IMG/VR virus record: IMGVR_UViG_3300048008_000449 | Location: 124,001-188,000 of that record | Strand: one strand, 5' to 3' | DNA: 64,000 bases | Shown here: positions 18,141-27,389 of the stretch, piece by piece | Layout of the letters: each line of letters begins with the position of its first letter | How positions within the stretch are numbered: position 1 is the first letter of the stretch | Position numbers and translations under genes: made by a program | Notes under the pieces: model-generated | Seen by the model: the letters and a program-made list of their open reading frames with translations, nothing else | What the model was told of the DNA's origin: nothing | Databases searched by the model: none

Positions 18141-18349
18141 TATAGGCTCCCTTTCATTCGTTCAAAATATACTTTGTTATTCTCCACTATTTTCTTAACA
18201 ATATTTTTGTTAACTAGGCTTTGAATTAGGTAACACTCACGTTCAGATAAATCTTCTTTGCATGTACGTTCTAATAAATTTTCGTACATCTCGCTTTCGT
18301 GAAGTGATAAAAATGTTGGGATTCCGCCTGGAGTTTCAATGCTTTTCAT
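18140..18349 (-). CDS. hypothetical protein (possible winged helix)
   Basis: 69-aa ORF, TAATG-coupled on both sides. Confidence 0.7.
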   Translation of the reverse strand: MKSIETPGGIPTFLSLHESEMYENLLERTCKEDLSERECYLIQSLVNKNIVKKIVENNKVYFERMKGSL

Positions 18350-18858
18350 TATGCTATCCCGGCTGCCTTTTTTAGGCGTTCAATTTCTTGTGCGTTATAC
18401 GCTGACTGGTTACTGTTATTTGCAATACCTTGTGCGTTTTGATTTCTTTGATCATCATCTGGATCTGATTTACTGCTAGTTCTTGGTCCAGGATCTCCTG
18501 TTGGTACTTTCCTAGAACCTGCTGTGTATCTCTGACTGCCTCTAGAATCTCTATTTGCATCTTGATTAGAAATAGTTGCACGTCTTTGGTCTACACCTGA
18601 TCCTTGTGATCTAATTGTTGCTCTACTTGGTTGGGCTGTTTGTGTTGTTCCATATGCTTCTGAAACTGCACTTAAATCTATAATTTCTGAAAACCCATCG
18701 CCGTCATCGCTTTTCATTGTGCTTAATAGTTTTAAAGTTTGTGAAAAAGATAAACCTTTTAGTTGACTAACAACTTGTTCCTTTGTTAGTTCCATTCCAA
18801 ATTTTACGTTTGCAAAATCTATTACTGTATCAATAGTACTGTTATTTAAAATATTCAT
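18349..18858 (-). CDS. hypothetical protein
   Basis: 169-aa ORF, low-complexity C-half ending EIERLKKAAGI. Confidence 0.7.
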   Translation of the reverse strand: MNILNNSTIDTVIDFANVKFGMELTKEQVVSQLKGLSFSQTLKLLSTMKSDDGDGFSEIIDLSAVSEAYGTTQTAQPSRATIRSQGSGVDQRRATISNQDANRDSRGSQRYTAGSRKVPTGDPGPRTSSKSDPDDDQRNQNAQGIANNSNQSAYNAQEIERLKKAAGIA

Positions 18859-19142
18859 CCTCTTGCCTTATTTAACCTTGCAACAATACGACTAGCTGGG
18901 CTAAGTCTTTTTGTTCTTTGCGCCTTTTTATTCATCCTAGCACCTTTGGCGGCTTTTGTTCTTTTTAAAATAAATCTCTTCTTAAGATTTATTGGGGCTG
19001 CACATTGACTAGGATTTGCAACAACCCTTCCTTTACGTGGACCTACAGTGCAACGAAACTTTCTCGTTACTGATTTGCCACGTTTAGCAAAAACTACTTT
19101 TGCTTCTGTAACAACTGTATTATATGCCTCGTTCAGTAACAT
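18855..19142 (-). CDS. small basic protein, putative prohead core/internal protein
   Basis: Short leader ending VVTE-A followed by a very Lys/Arg-rich body. Confidence 0.6.
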   Translation of the reverse strand: MLLNEAYNTVVTEAKVVFAKRGKSVTRKFRCTVGPRKGRVVANPSQCAAPINLKKRFILKRTKAAKGARMNKKAQRTKRLSPASRIVARLNKARG

Positions 19143-19145
19143 TTA

Positions 19146-19430
19146 CTATCCACCTACCAGTGGTGTTACTGTTTGTAAATTTAGTAGTAGTAATACTACA
19201 GTAGAAAGCAATCCTGCAATAACCGTAGCGGCAGCACCAATAACTAGTTTATTACTAGATAAGGTTGAAGCAGTTTGTTTTTCTGCCATCTTGCCCATTG
19301 TTTCTGTCAAAGAGTCTACTTTAGACTCTAGTCTATTTAATTTTTCTTCTAACACGCGATATCTCTCTGCACATAAATCTACATGTGCTTCTAGATTTTC
19401 ACGCTCAAGTCTTGACTGGTTCATTGCCAT
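19146..19430 (-). CDS. coiled-coil protein with C-terminal TM helix (XhlA/holin-like topology)
   Basis: Heptad region then LVIGAAATVIAGLLSTVVLLLL; TATAAATA upstream at 19502. Confidence 0.6.
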   Translation of the reverse strand: MAMNQSRLERENLEAHVDLCAERYRVLEEKLNRLESKVDSLTETMGKMAEKQTASTLSSNKLVIGAAATVIAGLLSTVVLLLLNLQTVTPLVGG

Positions 19431-19504
19431 ATTTTGCTCTCGCAATCTTTAGCAGCGTCTTATAGAGCTGATTTAATTATATACATTCGTTGTACATATA
19501 CTAT

Positions 19505-19960
19505 TTATATGTTTTGGCGATAGTTAAAGTACGTGTTTTTACTTGCTGTACTTGTATCTACTATCTCAGGATTAATATTTGCTGTTTCATCTAATATTGT
19601 ATGAACTGGCATTTTATCAAAATCCTGTACTAACATATGAATACTGTTTTCTTCATATTTCCATGCATCTGCTGTTTCACTAGCAAACTTTAATACCCAA
19701 ACATCCTGTACTCCAGAAAAGTTTGAACCAAAATCATAGTCATCTAAATTCTGTGCGTCTAAAAACTCAACTGAACTTAATACTGGTTGAGAACGTAAAC
19801 TTATACTTTGAATGAAAGTATTTAAATTTTGTGCTTGATAGTATCCTTTTGCATCTACTTTAGGACTAACAACACCTGAATCTGTGATATCTATTAATGT
19901 ATAAACTGTATAGAAGTCAGTCGACCCTGTTAAAACCTCATTCGGTCTACTTACACCCAT
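19505..19960 (-). CDS. hypothetical protein
   Basis: 151-aa ORF. Confidence 0.7.
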   Translation of the reverse strand: MGVSRPNEVLTGSTDFYTVYTLIDITDSGVVSPKVDAKGYYQAQNLNTFIQSISLRSQPVLSSVEFLDAQNLDDYDFGSNFSGVQDVWVLKFASETADAWKYEENSIHMLVQDFDKMPVHTILDETANINPEIVDTSTASKNTYFNYRQNI

Positions 19961-19962
19961 TA

Positions 19963-20718
19963 TTACATGCCTGTAAGTTTACCAGCAGTATAACCTGCCG
20001 CAAACGCCGCTGCACCACGTGCAATACGTTTCCCAATACCTGATTTTTCTTTATCACCAAGTTCTAATCCTGATTCTGCTGAATATTTAGAAAATATAGG
20101 AAACAAGTCACTGCGTCTAGCATTTAGTCTAAAATGTTTATTAATTTGTGTTGCCGCTAATTGTTGTTGATTTGTTGTTAAATTAGTCCAGTCACCTACT
20201 AAACGTCTTGCCGCTCTTAGTTTAGGATCTTGTATTGCTAGATCCTTTTCTAATTTGTAGAAAAACGCTTGTGCTTGTCCTGGGTTAACTTTACCAGTTT
20301 CAATCTGCTTCATAAACATTCTAATTTTACGCTGATCAATATTTACTTTATTTAAAAGTAATTTATCAGCTTCTGAATTTACTAGTCCTTCTGGTTTTAA
20401 AATTGTATGTAATGACTGATACATATCAGTTCCACTTGGACTAGGTCTATTGTAATTTCCAAATCTATTTGTATTTTTTGCATAATTTTTTGCAACAGGT
20501 GCATACTTGTAATCATTTGACATAGCATATAAACTTAACATGCTTACAAAAAAATGATCTGTAACTGTTCTAGCACCTTCTTTACTAATTTGATGTTTTG
20601 ACTTAAACATACGTGCTTCACCTAGTGAATTCATAAATGAATATTGGTTAGTAGTATCATCCATTGTATGTCCGCCTTCCATAGCCGCATATTGTTGCAA
20701 TGTATATTTTTTAGTCAT
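19963..20718 (-). CDS. hypothetical protein with C-terminal Gly/Ala amphipathic tail
   Basis: Ends RIARGAAAFAAGYTAGKLTGM. Confidence 0.7.
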   Translation of the reverse strand: MTKKYTLQQYAAMEGGHTMDDTTNQYSFMNSLGEARMFKSKHQISKEGARTVTDHFFVSMLSLYAMSNDYKYAPVAKNYAKNTNRFGNYNRPSPSGTDMYQSLHTILKPEGLVNSEADKLLLNKVNIDQRKIRMFMKQIETGKVNPGQAQAFFYKLEKDLAIQDPKLRAARRLVGDWTNLTTNQQQLAATQINKHFRLNARRSDLFPIFSKYSAESGLELGDKEKSGIGKRIARGAAAFAAGYTAGKLTGM

Positions 20719-20911
20719 TTTTGTTCTCCGTTGCTATCATTAAACATGTTTCGCTTGCATAAGTTTTAAAATAACGTGGAGCGAAAGCATGTACAAATAC
20801 TGCCATTGATGCTCTTTTTAAACTCCATGCAATACTTATTGCATGTTTAAAATGTTGCCAACGTGTCATGTTAGCTTCTTCTAAATGTAGTTTACATTGT
20901 TTACTGTACAT
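20711..20911 (-). CDS. small hypothetical protein
   Basis: HLEE..MT.WQHF..A......VHA..P pattern. Confidence 0.7.
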   Translation of the reverse strand: MYSKQCKLHLEEANMTRWQHFKHAISIAWSLKRASMAVFVHAFAPRYFKTYASETCLMIATENKND

Positions 20912-22104
20912 TAATTATTCCTTGCCATGTTTGCCGCTGTAAAGCCTGCTCTATTAACAAGTTTAACATCTTTGTCAACTACATAACCTTCTCCGCCACG
21001 TTGTCCATTTGTATATGATTCTACATCTGCGTCTTGTGCGTCTAAAGTTTTGATGACTGTATTTTTAACTTTCATAATTCCTTTAATAAAATTAAAAGTT
21101 GCATTAAACCCATCTATGTTACTATTTATGTATTCTAAAAGACGAGCTTGTTTTGGTTTTGATAATTTACTTCCTTCAACATACTTTTGAAATGTACTTC
21201 CTAAATTATCTAAGTTACCTGCTTTTACACTATTATTAATATAAGCATAAAGTATCTTACCAAAGTCTGCCATTTTTAATTCTGCTGGTACTGCAAACAA
21301 TTTATCTATTGCTTGTGCATTTTTATCTAAATAATTCTCTAATTCGTCTATTGCTGGAATATCTACACCTGGTGATTTTTGTACCATTACAGGTGGCATA
21401 ATATATGTTGGTCCACCTTGGAATTGTGACATATCAACTTTACTCTTTTCGCCATCAAGTCCAATTGACATGTGTACTACGACACCTACGTCACTGTCTG
21501 TTATTTTCTTTCCAACTTCGCTATCTACTTTAACCTGATATGTTGTTGTATTAGGAGTGAATATATATTTGTTTTCTTTTACGTCTGGCGTTGTAAACCA
21601 TAGTAAGTCACCCATTACATATCCTCTAAAATCACTTGGTACAGTTGCTTCTACTTTATCCCAGATACTTCTCATTTTACCTGCGAATGCTTTATAGTTT
21701 GCCGCTTTAGTAGCATCAGGATTGCTTGCACCAGGACGATTGAATAACATTTTTTCTAAGCCTTCAGCACTAGTTGGTTTACCATCATATCCTTTAGCAG
21801 TAAATCCACTCTTATCTGTTAATATAAACTCGCCTTGTTCATTACGACCAAATATAACGGCCGGAGATCCATCCCATTTAATAGTTACTGTGTTAGGTTG
21901 TTGTTCTACTTGATGTAGTGTAGCAATTGCTTTTCTTGCACCCGCTGAAGCATCCCATAGAATTAAGTCTTCTAAATGCTGAATACGTGCATCTTCACGT
22001 AGCTTTTTAGCTTCTGGTTGGAATAAATCTTTTCCAATTAATCTATGTAGTCTAGAATTTCTAGGCTTACGCTTTTTGCTTCCTACAATATCTGTTATTT
22101 TCAT
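20911..22104 (-). CDS. phage protein with RNA-ligase-like nucleotidyltransferase motifs
   Basis: TIKWDG (motif I), GDLLW (III), GEGYV (IV), VKLVNR (V). Confidence 0.6.
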   Translation of the reverse strand: MKITDIVGSKKRKPRNSRLHRLIGKDLFQPEAKKLREDARIQHLEDLILWDASAGARKAIATLHQVEQQPNTVTIKWDGSPAVIFGRNEQGEFILTDKSGFTAKGYDGKPTSAEGLEKMLFNRPGASNPDATKAANYKAFAGKMRSIWDKVEATVPSDFRGYVMGDLLWFTTPDVKENKYIFTPNTTTYQVKVDSEVGKKITDSDVGVVVHMSIGLDGEKSKVDMSQFQGGPTYIMPPVMVQKSPGVDIPAIDELENYLDKNAQAIDKLFAVPAELKMADFGKILYAYINNSVKAGNLDNLGSTFQKYVEGSKLSKPKQARLLEYINSNIDGFNATFNFIKGIMKVKNTVIKTLDAQDADVESYTNGQRGGEGYVVDKDVKLVNRAGFTAANMARNN

Positions 22105-22349
22105 TTAGGACCTCTAATCTTCTTAACTCCACGGTTAAAACGTTCTGCATCTCTATTCTTAATACTTAACATAATACGTTTAGTAAGATCTTGAGCAGTA
22201 TCTACATCATAATTAGAATCAATCATCTCAAGAATATTAATAATACTACTTATTGCATTATTACCTTTACTCTCCAGAATGCTAGTCTTGTCTTTTCTAG
22301 GGGCAAGTGAGTTAATTTCCTCTAATAGACTTCGAGTACGTTTTTTCAT
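22101..22349 (-). CDS. hypothetical protein
   Basis: 82-aa ORF with GGAG RBS, after ATAAATA at 22381. Confidence 0.75.
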   Translation of the reverse strand: MKKRTRSLLEEINSLAPRKDKTSILESKGNNAISSIINILEMIDSNYDVDTAQDLTKRIMLSIKNRDAERFNRGVKKIRGPK

Positions 22350-22387
22350 TTTTTTTCTCCGTAATAAGTTTACTTTGTAGTATTTAT

Positions 22388-23791
22388 CTAACTATTACTT
22401 CTTTTGAGCATACTGCGAAGTTTATCATGCCCTGTTATAGTGTTTTCAACAACACTATTCTCAGCAATGTTCTTTTCTTGGTGTGTTGTTTTGTTTTGTG
22501 CCTTAATTTTCTCAAACATAGCACTAGGTTGATTCATTGTAGATCCTGCTTCATCGTCATCTAAGTCCTCAATACGTAAGCCTGATATATCAAATTTTAA
22601 GTCTACTTTTTGTCCAACACCGCTACTACTACGTGTTTTCATAAACTGAATTTGATAACGCCCACGTTCACGCATAGCTTGGCTTGTAAAAATACCAATT
22701 ACGTTATCCGCTGTTTGAATCTTACTTAAACCACCAGCAATATGAGAATGATCAAATTCTACTTCTTCTACAGCCGCTCTGTTTAGCTGTGATGCTGTAG
22801 CAAATAGTAAATCATGTTCTACTGCAAAGTTACGCAATTCTTCAGATACAAACTTATCTTTAATAAACAAATCACTAGGATTAACTTTGCTCTGTGCTGG
22901 CATCATTAAGTCTAAGTAATCTATACAAATTGCATCAATTTTAATATCGTTCTTAACTTCATATTCACGTAAGTAACTAGTAATAGCATTGATTGTAATA
23001 CCATTTGGTAATTGTACAATTTGTAATTTACCTGCATTTTTACCTTGCATACGTACTTTTAAATCTACGTCATCTGCATTTTTAAATACGTCACGTGTAT
23101 TCATTCCTGTTAACATACTATCTAATCGCATACTACATAGTTCTTCACTAAGTTCTAAACTAATGTATACAACATTCAAGCCTGCTAGTGCCCAATTTAA
23201 TCCTAAGTTTTGTAAGAACAAACTCTTACCACCACCTGATGGTGCAGCAAATATATTCAATTCACCTCTATTAAATCCACCATATAGTTTCTTATCAATT
23301 TCTGCCCAACCTGTACTTGTACCGCCACGCTGATTACGTACTCTTTCAATACGTTCTGCAGGAGATTCCCAATAGTCTGTTCCCATATGTTTAGCAAGTC
23401 CAATTTGTACTGCTTCTTTTACCATACGTTCTACTGGTCCATAATCACCCTTTTCCAATAAATCTGCACTTTTTAAAATTGCCGCTTCTAATGCTTTATG
23501 TTTACAAAATACTTCAAACTCATCAATAAACCATTTCTTATGTCTATCATCTACGTCTTTTAATTCTTGTAATTCTAATCCTGTTGTTGCTACAATTTGT
23601 TCTAATGTAGGTAATGCACTATATCCAGTTGCATGTTCTTTTATAAACTCTACACCTTTACGTAATTCTCTATCAAAGTATTCAGGATCTAATATGCCGT
23701 TTACCCTAGCAAATAAGTCTTTATCTTGTGCTAAAAATTCTACAAACAATCGTTGTAGATCTATATTATATTCTTTTGCTTGTTCTGTCAT
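22388..23791 (-). CDS. replicative DnaB-like helicase (T4 gp41-like)
   Basis: APSGGGKS Walker A, ISLEL, IDYLDLM, TASQLNR, KTR; ATGA-coupled to primase. Confidence 0.93.
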   Translation of the reverse strand: MTEQAKEYNIDLQRLFVEFLAQDKDLFARVNGILDPEYFDRELRKGVEFIKEHATGYSALPTLEQIVATTGLELQELKDVDDRHKKWFIDEFEVFCKHKALEAAILKSADLLEKGDYGPVERMVKEAVQIGLAKHMGTDYWESPAERIERVRNQRGGTSTGWAEIDKKLYGGFNRGELNIFAAPSGGGKSLFLQNLGLNWALAGLNVVYISLELSEELCSMRLDSMLTGMNTRDVFKNADDVDLKVRMQGKNAGKLQIVQLPNGITINAITSYLREYEVKNDIKIDAICIDYLDLMMPAQSKVNPSDLFIKDKFVSEELRNFAVEHDLLFATASQLNRAAVEEVEFDHSHIAGGLSKIQTADNVIGIFTSQAMRERGRYQIQFMKTRSSSGVGQKVDLKFDISGLRIEDLDDDEAGSTMNQPSAMFEKIKAQNKTTHQEKNIAENSVVENTITGHDKLRSMLKRSNS

Positions 23792-24801
23792 TTGCAATAC
23801 TTTCTCATTAATAGTTCAATTTTAGTTGAATTCTTTTCAGCACTATCTATTATACTTGTTATTGTATACAATCTTCCGTATTTTGTCAAGGCATCACTTG
23901 CATCTTTACAATCTTTCCACTCGGGAAATGCTACCATCCAACCATTTTTTATAGCTGATTTACACATTAATTTACCAGCTTCATCTGCGTCTGGTAATAC
24001 TATAATTTGTTTTTCTAAGCTATGTAATATGTCTGCTTGTTCGTCATTTATATTATTACTACCAATTGCACAACCATCTGTAACAATAGCATCAAGTTGG
24101 CCTTCAGTTACAATAACAAACTGTTTATCACTGGTTTGTTTATCTAACCCATATACAAAGTCTTTTTTAGGTTGCTGATTATAGTATTTAGGCATTCCGT
24201 CAGGAATATTGTTTCCTGCCCATCTTGCTGTATAACCAACTACTTTACCTTTATATGTAAATGGTAATATAAATCTTTTATTTACTCTTCCATGCTGTTT
24301 ACTAGGACTCCACATAAATCTAGAATCTGTTACATCGAATCCTCGATCTGTTAAGTATGCTACTGCTTCTGTCCAATCTGCATTTGGCTCTGTAAATTCC
24401 ATAAAAGGTTTTGCATCATCAGGAAGTTTTTTCTCATCCCAATCAATAACTAAATTTTTACGTTTTTCAGTTTTTATTAATAATGTTTCTACGTCTTGTT
24501 CACGTAATAGTTCTAACTGTATACGTTGTATATCACTCTCATCAGCACCAAGTGTAACTAACAAGTTTTTTAACCTTACTGTAATTTTACTTTGTGGACT
24601 CCAACCTGTTTTATAGTTGCAATTAAAACAATTATACTGAAATTTATCATCATCAAATAAGAACCCACCTCTGCCTTTCTTATCTGGTCTTGCTTGTCCA
24701 TTACGTACACACATAGGACAGTTACCGCTAATCCAACCACTAGGGCTAGACCGCCAATTAACCGGAACCAGAGTTCTCACGTATTCATTCATTAAAGCCA
24801 T
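23788..24801 (-). CDS. DNA primase (T4 gp61-like)
   Basis: Zn finger CPMC...CFNC; TOPRIM motifs VTEGQLDA, PDAD, KDASDA. Confidence 0.93.
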   Translation of the reverse strand: MALMNEYVRTLVPVNWRSSPSGWISGNCPMCVRNGQARPDKKGRGGFLFDDDKFQYNCFNCNYKTGWSPQSKITVRLKNLLVTLGADESDIQRIQLELLREQDVETLLIKTEKRKNLVIDWDEKKLPDDAKPFMEFTEPNADWTEAVAYLTDRGFDVTDSRFMWSPSKQHGRVNKRFILPFTYKGKVVGYTARWAGNNIPDGMPKYYNQQPKKDFVYGLDKQTSDKQFVIVTEGQLDAIVTDGCAIGSNNINDEQADILHSLEKQIIVLPDADEAGKLMCKSAIKNGWMVAFPEWKDCKDASDALTKYGRLYTITSIIDSAEKNSTKIELLMRKYCK

Positions 24802-24807
24802 GTGTAT

Positions 24808-24836
24808 ATATTACACTCTAACTATAACTTTGTCAA
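24808..24836 (-). promoter_or_regulatory. sigma70 promoter, probably leaderless primase mRNA
   Basis: TTGACA-N17-TAATAT-N6-ATG. Confidence 0.7.
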
Positions 24837-25644
24837 GTGTTCCTGTAGGTTGAGTGTGTTTTGTTCTAATATATTTGACATTTGTACGGAATGTCCATGG
24901 ATCTATGCCAGTGTGCCCGTTATATGGGTAGAATGGTTGTGTATATGTACCTAATGTAATATCAAACCAATCATCTTCTGTTGGGTTATCGCTTAATGCA
25001 CCCTGTACCCAAAAGTTACCAGTATATCCTGTTCCGTAAACAGCAATAGTAATAAGACCGTTTGGCTTATTATAATAACCAGTTGCACGTAATGCACTAC
25101 TAAAGTAATATGTGTCTGTGTTGATTATTTGTGTAGTAAATGAATCATTAATTTGTGTAGTAAGTGGTAATGCATCGCCTTCTTCTGAACACTCAACTGT
25201 ATAATTAGGTCTCATATTCAAATCACAATACATAGGAACTACTAAGCCCTTGTCAGTTGTGTAACTAAAAACTAAGTCATATAACCCTTGTGAAAATAAA
25301 CTACTTTCACCACTAGTTATTACTACTTTCACAGATCCTGCATCATAATCAGTTATTATTGCTTTTTTACTTATTACTGTTGATCTATCGCCTCTGTCAA
25401 TTAATGATACTTGCATTGTTGTACCATGAAGCATAATAGGTTTTCTATCTTGATTTTTTACAAAGAAGAAAAACTCAGTATCAAACCCACGAAATAGTTT
25501 TAAAAATCTATAATTAACTGGACTATTAACGGCAGTACCTTTAGCACTTGCATATTTTCCTAATCCTGGTGCTGAACCATGATCCTCTAATGCGTATAAT
25601 TCGCCTGTTTGGTTTATATTATATGTTGTTCCGTAATTTGACAT
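24811..25644 (-). CDS. putative structural protein (beta-rich)
   Basis: 277-aa ORF; GGAG RBS; ATAAATA at 25664. Confidence 0.65.
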   Translation of the reverse strand: MSNYGTTYNINQTGELYALEDHGSAPGLGKYASAKGTAVNSPVNYRFLKLFRGFDTEFFFFVKNQDRKPIMLHGTTMQVSLIDRGDRSTVISKKAIITDYDAGSVKVVITSGESSLFSQGLYDLVFSYTTDKGLVVPMYCDLNMRPNYTVECSEEGDALPLTTQINDSFTTQIINTDTYYFSSALRATGYYNKPNGLITIAVYGTGYTGNFWVQGALSDNPTEDDWFDITLGTYTQPFYPYNGHTGIDPWTFRTNVKYIRTKHTQPTGTLDKVIVRV

Positions 25645-25707
25645 GTGTTAGACTCCTGTATTGTATTTATCAAATACTACCAGATTTTGAAAGCATAAAT
25701 AGATGTA

Positions 25708-26079
25708 ATGCAAACGAAACATCAGAAACTCTTGGACGAATATCCGTTCCTTACTGTAGTAGAGTATGCTAGCAATGAGTATCTTGGTATAATTCAAAAC
25801 ATAGATAACCATGTTGCTAGTATGTATGTCTACGATCGATTAAACGAAACCTCAGAAAAAGCAAAGTTCTTAGCACTTGGCGAAGAATGGTGGTGGGAAA
25901 CTAATAGAAAGTTACCTATTAATATTGCATTACTTAATAGATGGAATTTCCAATATTGTGTACAAAGTTTTAATGTTAAACAAATGGACGTAATTGCAGG
26001 GCCTGAAGTAAGATTAAGTAATAGCATTACTAAACGTATCAAACGCAGAAGTATTAATCTTGTAAAGAAAAACCAGTAG
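25708..26079 (+). CDS. hypothetical protein (isolated plus-strand gene)
   Basis: 123 aa, LGEEWWWETNRKLPINI; own ATAAATA at 25695. Confidence 0.75.
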   Translation: MQTKHQKLLDEYPFLTVVEYASNEYLGIIQNIDNHVASMYVYDRLNETSEKAKFLALGEEWWWETNRKLPINIALLNRWNFQYCVQSFNVKQMDVIAGPEVRLSNSITKRIKRRSINLVKKNQ

Positions 26080-26638
26080 CAAGCATATTTAATTGTAATA
26101 CAATAGCCATTGCATATGCATGGGCATGTGCTTTCTTAAAATAGTAGTCGCCATTTGTAGGCTTTATCCATACTTCATTATTAATGGTATTCCAATCTTT
26201 ACCAATTAAATATCTTTTGGCTGGTCTAATTACTGCTAATACTGCGGCCATTTGTTCTACACTCTTAGGTTTCATCTGCCCAACAACACCAAAGTGTTTA
26301 TGAATATGAAAACATTGTTCTACAACTTCTTTGTGTTCTAACAATTCCCACATTGGTTCCATTGCTAGTAAATCATCTAATTGTTTCTTAGATTCAATCT
26401 TTTTATATAAGCCAACGTTAAGTATATCAATTTTAAAATATCCCATACTTTCAGCTTCTTTGTGATCAATTGTAGACATACCTGTAAATGGATTGCTAGG
26501 AATGTCATGGAAGTATATACCAGTATTGTGCTTAACTTGCTTGTTATCACGTGCAATCATTGCTGGTATTCCATTAATAATATTAAGTAGCTTATCTCTA
26601 TTTGCTACATCAATATCAATATCTGTGTTTACTATCAT
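26054..26638 (-). CDS. miniature DNA polymerase III alpha (DnaE)-like catalytic core
   Basis: DIDID, HNTGIY, GYFKIDIL, KP..VEQMAAVLAVIRP, YFKKAHAHAY in DnaE order. Confidence 0.8.
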   Translation of the reverse strand: MIVNTDIDIDVANRDKLLNIINGIPAMIARDNKQVKHNTGIYFHDIPSNPFTGMSTIDHKEAESMGYFKIDILNVGLYKKIESKKQLDDLLAMEPMWELLEHKEVVEQCFHIHKHFGVVGQMKPKSVEQMAAVLAVIRPAKRYLIGKDWNTINNEVWIKPTNGDYYFKKAHAHAYAMAIVLQLNMLATGFSLQD

Positions 26639-26721
26639 TTTGGATCCTCGTTGTTCATTTTATACAATAAAAAAATTGGTATTATAAAACAACATAATAC
26701 AAAAAGCAAAGACCATATCAT
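26635..26721 (-). CDS. 28-aa membrane micropeptide (absent from ORF track)
   Basis: MIWSLLFVLCCFIIPIFLLYKMNNEDPK; ATGA overlaps with both neighbours. Confidence 0.6.
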   Translation of the reverse strand: MIWSLLFVLCCFIIPIFLLYKMNNEDPK

Positions 26722-27389
26722 ATAGTTGCTTGCTCCATTATTTCTTTTACCCATTTAGTATCTTGTGGGTTTACTTTCATTGCACGTTCCCAATAATCTA
26801 TTTCTAAATAATCAGTAACCATTTTAATTTGTTCAGGATTAAATCTATCAATTAATCCTTGCGCCGCATTACTATTAAATAGTACCCATGGCGAAATCTT
26901 TCCACTACAAATATGAAATACTGCTAAATTAGGTGATACTATTTCAAAATAATTATTATATGTTGTATTGTTTTCTTTTGCCCAGTTTTGTAAAAATAGT
27001 ATTGTACGTTCTACTGCCCTATCTACTGTCTCAGTTCTTAAACGTTCTTTCATCCATGATGTAAACTGTTTATCTTTACACCAATGGTCAAGTCTTACTT
27101 GGTTTCTTACTAACCAAGTTGCGTAAGCCGGAACATCATCGATACCAATGTCGCGACAATAATAACCAAACTTACAGAAGCCAATATAGTATTGACTCTT
27201 TGCAAAATCTTCGTAGCTTTTTTCATTCTTTGAATTTGTTCCTATTTTATAAAATAATTGAAATGCTCTAAAACCAAGTTGAACATGTTGTTCTCCTTTT
27301 TGCATAAATCTACGTTTCTGTTCACACATATGAACAGCTAGTGTACTTTCTTTTTTAAATGTTTTAGAACAGTATCCGCATTTATACAT
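26718..27389 (-). CDS. zinc-finger protein
   Basis: N-terminal YKCGYCSKTF......HMC C2H2/C2HC-type finger. Confidence 0.75.
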   Translation of the reverse strand: MYKCGYCSKTFKKESTLAVHMCEQKRRFMQKGEQHVQLGFRAFQLFYKIGTNSKNEKSYEDFAKSQYYIGFCKFGYYCRDIGIDDVPAYATWLVRNQVRLDHWCKDKQFTSWMKERLRTETVDRAVERTILFLQNWAKENNTTYNNYFEIVSPNLAVFHICSGKISPWVLFNSNAAQGLIDRFNPEQIKMVTDYLEIDYWERAMKVNPQDTKWVKEIMEQATI

